Shown in pieces: positions 61,311 through 64,000 of a DNA stretch of 64,000 nucleotides (positions are counted from its first letter, which is position 1; the number at the start of each line of letters is the position of its first letter). Origin of the DNA: an uncultured Actinomycetota bacterium. GTDB taxonomy: Bacteria > Actinomycetota > Humimicrobiia > Humimicrobiales > Humimicrobiaceae. The stretch covers positions 8,649 to 72,648 of the forward strand of contig CAZRML010000010.1 in the NCBI GenBank assembly GCA_964601205.1, in the 5' to 3' direction. Under the pieces are notes generated by a model that was not told where the DNA came from, ran no database searches, and saw only the letters and a program-made list of their open reading frames with translations. Made by a program: the position numbers and the translations under genes.

Positions 61311-62258
61311 ATGAAAAATACCAGAAGTATGTTAGGTTCCATATCCAGAGTAATGGGCAATATAAGAAGATACAGGATTGCCTATTATTTACTTATTCCT
61401 GCTCTCATCCTTATGTTATTGGTTCACTTTATTCCTATGATATGGGGAATTACTATTAGCTTTCTTGACTTTGACGTACACACCATCAATGATTGGAGCA
61501 AGGCTACTTTTATAGGCTTAGATAATTATATAAACGGTTTGAACCCCATTACTACTATAGGAGAACGCTTCCTGCGTTCCTTATGGAATGTAACTTTCTA
61601 TGCAATAGTGGTCCTCTCTCTGGGTTATCTTATTGCCATGGGGGTAGCTCTGCTTTTAAATCGGAAATTTAAGGGAAGGACAATCGTTAGAGGTTTAATA
61701 CTTTTACCTTATATTATTCCAGACACAGTAGCTTTCGCGGTCTGGCGGTTTATGTTCCAGAGCAGGATAGGTATAGTGAATAAATACCTGCTGGACTGGG
61801 GCTGGATTAAAGAACCAACACTCTGGTTAATCGGCGATAAGTCCATTTATGCTGTGATGATAGCCAGTATCTGGAAAGGATGGCCTTTTACCTGTTTAAT
61901 GCTGCTGGCCGGATTGCAAAGCATTCCAGATGATTTGTATGATGCAGCCAAGATTGATGGCGCTTCTGCCTGGCAACAATTTAAATCTATTACCTTCCCT
62001 CTTCTTATCCCCGTTACTACTGTACTCTTACTCTTATCCACCATATGGACTTTCTATGCCTTTAATCAGTTTTATGTAATGCTGGGTTCAGACCCGGGAT
62101 ATCAAGCAGATGTTCCCTCTACTCTTATTCTAAGAGAGGCTTTTACCTCCCTGCACTATGGAATTGGTTCAGCTATGTCAGTAATCCTGATGCTAATTAT
62201 GGTAGTCTTTTCTATACTTTATATTAAAAGAATCAAGCCCGGGGAAGAGATTTCATGA
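61311..62258 (+). CDS. sugar ABC transporter permease (MalF/UgpA-like)
   Basis: It has 6 TM and an EAA loop (AAKIDGASAWQQFKSITFP). Confidence 0.8.
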   Translation: MKNTRSMLGSISRVMGNIRRYRIAYYLLIPALILMLLVHFIPMIWGITISFLDFDVHTINDWSKATFIGLDNYINGLNPITTIGERFLRSLWNVTFYAIVVLSLGYLIAMGVALLLNRKFKGRTIVRGLILLPYIIPDTVAFAVWRFMFQSRIGIVNKYLLDWGWIKEPTLWLIGDKSIYAVMIASIWKGWPFTCLMLLAGLQSIPDDLYDAAKIDGASAWQQFKSITFPLLIPVTTVLLLLSTIWTFYAFNQFYVMLGSDPGYQADVPSTLILREAFTSLHYGIGSAMSVILMLIMVVFSILYIKRIKPGEEIS

Positions 62259-63133
62259 TGAATACCAGAATAAAAAAAATTATAAAAAGGGTATTCTTTT
62301 ACCTTACTATAGCACTGGTCCTGGCATGGGTGCTTATGCCCTTCTTCTGGATGGTCTCCGGTTCGTTTAAATCCACATTAGAAATCCAGGCTTCGGATAT
62401 TAAGACAGCGGGCCAGGAACCCACCTGGATCCCCCGCCGTCCTACTTTAGAGAACTATCTAACCGTAAATAAAGTGGTAAAAATAGCAGATTATTTTAAA
62501 AACAGTGTGATAATAAGTCTGGGAACTATGATTTTTTGTCTTATTATTGCCGTTCTGGCCGGATACTCCATCTCCCGTTTCAGGTTCCCCGGTAGATCAC
62601 CCTACACTGTAGCAGTATTGTCTACCCAGATGTTTCCAGGAATTCTCTTCCTCATTCCTTATGCTGTAATGTTTATCGGTGTAACCAGATTAACAGGTCT
62701 TCCTATGAGAAATACATACTGGGGAATGATTTTTACCTACACATCTTTTGCCCTTCCTTTTTCCATCTGGATGTTGAGGGGTTACTTTAACACTATCCCC
62801 AGAGAGATAGATGAACAGGCTCAAATTGATGGATGCAACAAAATAGGGGCTCTTTTTAGAGTCATTATTCCTCTTGCTAAACCAGGTCTTATCGCTGTCG
62901 GTATATATGGATTTATGATGGCCTGGGGCGAGATATTATTCGCTTCCGTCCTTACAGGAAAAGACACCACTACACTGGCTATCGGCATTTTGAGATACAT
63001 CACTACTCAAGAAAACCGATGGGGTGGAATGATGGCCGCCTGCGTGTTAACATCTCTTCCCGTACTGGCATTTTTTACCCTGTTACAGAAACATATGATC
63101 AGCGGTCTGACATCTGGAGCATTAAAAGAATAA
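62255..63133 (+). CDS. sugar ABC transporter permease (MalG/UgpE-like)
   Basis: The EAA loop reads EQAQIDGCNKIGALFRVIIPLAKP. Its start overlaps the upstream stop by 4 nt. Confidence 0.8.
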   Translation: MMNTRIKKIIKRVFFYLTIALVLAWVLMPFFWMVSGSFKSTLEIQASDIKTAGQEPTWIPRRPTLENYLTVNKVVKIADYFKNSVIISLGTMIFCLIIAVLAGYSISRFRFPGRSPYTVAVLSTQMFPGILFLIPYAVMFIGVTRLTGLPMRNTYWGMIFTYTSFALPFSIWMLRGYFNTIPREIDEQAQIDGCNKIGALFRVIIPLAKPGLIAVGIYGFMMAWGEILFASVLTGKDTTTLAIGILRYITTQENRWGGMMAACVLTSLPVLAFFTLLQKHMISGLTSGALKE

Positions 63134-63322
63134 CCTGCAACTTATAATATGCTTGAATTGTGGAGTTTACGCCGGGCCGAATCCCCGACCGAAGAGAGTG
63201 GTCATCTGGGAAATACCATGAAGTTTTCTAAATTTATTACTGCGACCATACAAAATATATTTTTTAAGTACTCGCCTAGATTTTAAAAAGGATATGATTT
63301 AATACTTATAAAAAGGAGCAAA

Positions 63323-64000
63323 ATGAAAAAAATAGGGAAAGTCAGTCCATTTTTAATTGCAATCTTTACTGCAGCATTTACTATTTTTTGCTTTATTATT
63401 TTTTGTATATATCCAGCTTCCCTTGCAGCCGACCAGCCAGGGGGAATGAATACAAAATTAATAAAGGCAGACCGGATAAATATAGACGGACTTATAGAGG
63501 AAGAAGAGTGGGGCGAGGCCATTCCCAATTATCTTAATCAGAATGAGCAGGTTGTAACAGGGAAGTCAAAGTGGAGCGGTCTGGATGACCTGAGTGCTAC
63601 TATATGGGTAATGTGGGATGAAGAAAACTTATATCTGGGAGCAGTAGTAAGGGATGATTTTCCCCTGGTCAATAACTATGAAGGCACAGACCTATACAAA
63701 GGAGATTCTATTGAGCTTTATATCGGTTTTGAGCCTGAGGAATCGGGAACTTCCTATTCTCCTTATGATTTTCAATTAGGATTTGCTCCTGCAGATAAAA
63801 GTGAAAAGCCAGCCTCCTGGATCTGGTCACAGACCAGCAAAGGAGGAGTTAGAGATGCCCCGGTGGAAGGAATAGAAATAGGAGTAGGAAAAACTGATTT
63901 TCCTGGCTATAGCCTGGAAGTAAAGATTCCTTTGACTAATTTAGGCGAGATTGCTCTTAAGGTGCCACAGCGAGTTCGTTTTGACCTGGCAGTAGACGAT
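63323..64000 (+). CDS. secreted CBM9/DOMON-like carbohydrate-binding protein, 3' end truncated by window
   Basis: ATG 63323 follows AAAGGAG. A signal peptide is present, then motifs LIKADRINIDGLIEEEEWGEA, WDEENLYLGAVVRDD and GDSIELY, typical of CBM9-type modules. There is no stop before the window end. Confidence 0.5.
   Translation, partial: MKKIGKVSPFLIAIFTAAFTIFCFIIFCIYPASLAADQPGGMNTKLIKADRINIDGLIEEEEWGEAIPNYLNQNEQVVTGKSKWSGLDDLSATIWVMWDEENLYLGAVVRDDFPLVNNYEGTDLYKGDSIELYIGFEPEESGTSYSPYDFQLGFAPADKSEKPASWIWSQTSKGGVRDAPVEGIEIGVGKTDFPGYSLEVKIPLTNLGEIALKVPQRVRFDLAVDD

Noticed and set aside
63283-63528. 81-aa minus-strand ORF
   Set aside because: It is antisense to the CBM9-like gene, which has a strong RBS and family motifs.
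1-64000. CRISPR arrays, IS elements, integrases, prophage or toxin-antitoxin modules
   Set aside because: No regularly spaced direct repeats were seen and no transposase or integrase-like translations appear in any frame. The only tandem repeats are short GAA/GAG codon runs inside acidic protein linkers (59861-59962, 30440-30600).

Overview
This 64-kb window reads as a chromosomal segment of an AT-rich bacterium (roughly 30-35 % GC by eye). The gene order looks Gram-positive/Firmicutes-like.

Read in coordinate order, it contains:
- a minus-strand amino-acid biosynthesis block (leuC partial, leuA, serA, class-V aminotransferase, ilvH, ilvB);
- a secreted trypsin-like protease;
- a tRNA thiolase (MnmA) carrying an unusual N-terminal IscU-like domain;
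- a promoter and terminator-bounded non-coding transcript upstream of ilvE;
- a two-subunit AddAB/AdnAB-type helicase-nuclease;
- a single tRNA-Gly(CCC);
- a set of housekeeping and signalling genes (lipid kinase, orphan LivJ-like binding protein, DegV, 5-formyl-THF cyclo-ligase, GT2 glycosyltransferase, 7TM HD-GYP phosphodiesterase);
- a small operon of a CpaE/MinD-like ATPase, a tandem-HTH protein and a tiny membrane protein;
- a complete, collinear division/cell-wall cluster (mraZ-rsmH-ftsL-ftsI-murE-murF-mraY-murD-ftsW-murG-murC-murB-ddl-ftsQ-ftsA-ftsZ-pgeF-sepF-proC-yggT-divIVA-yggU);
- xseAB;
- a three-gene operon (metallophosphoesterase, putative cyclic-2,3-diphosphoglycerate synthetase, 2-phosphoglycerate kinase) that looks like the archaeal cDPG thermoprotectant pathway;
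- a noticeably more GC-rich sugar ABC-transporter locus with a CBM9-like protein truncated at the window end.

I found no CRISPR array, integrase, transposase or rRNA. The most unusual items are the putative cDPG operon, the IscU-MnmA fusion, the promoter/terminator-bounded RNA upstream of ilvE, a G8 tract at the RBS of the secreted protease, and the orphan CpaE-like ATPase/HTH operon just downstream of the division cluster.
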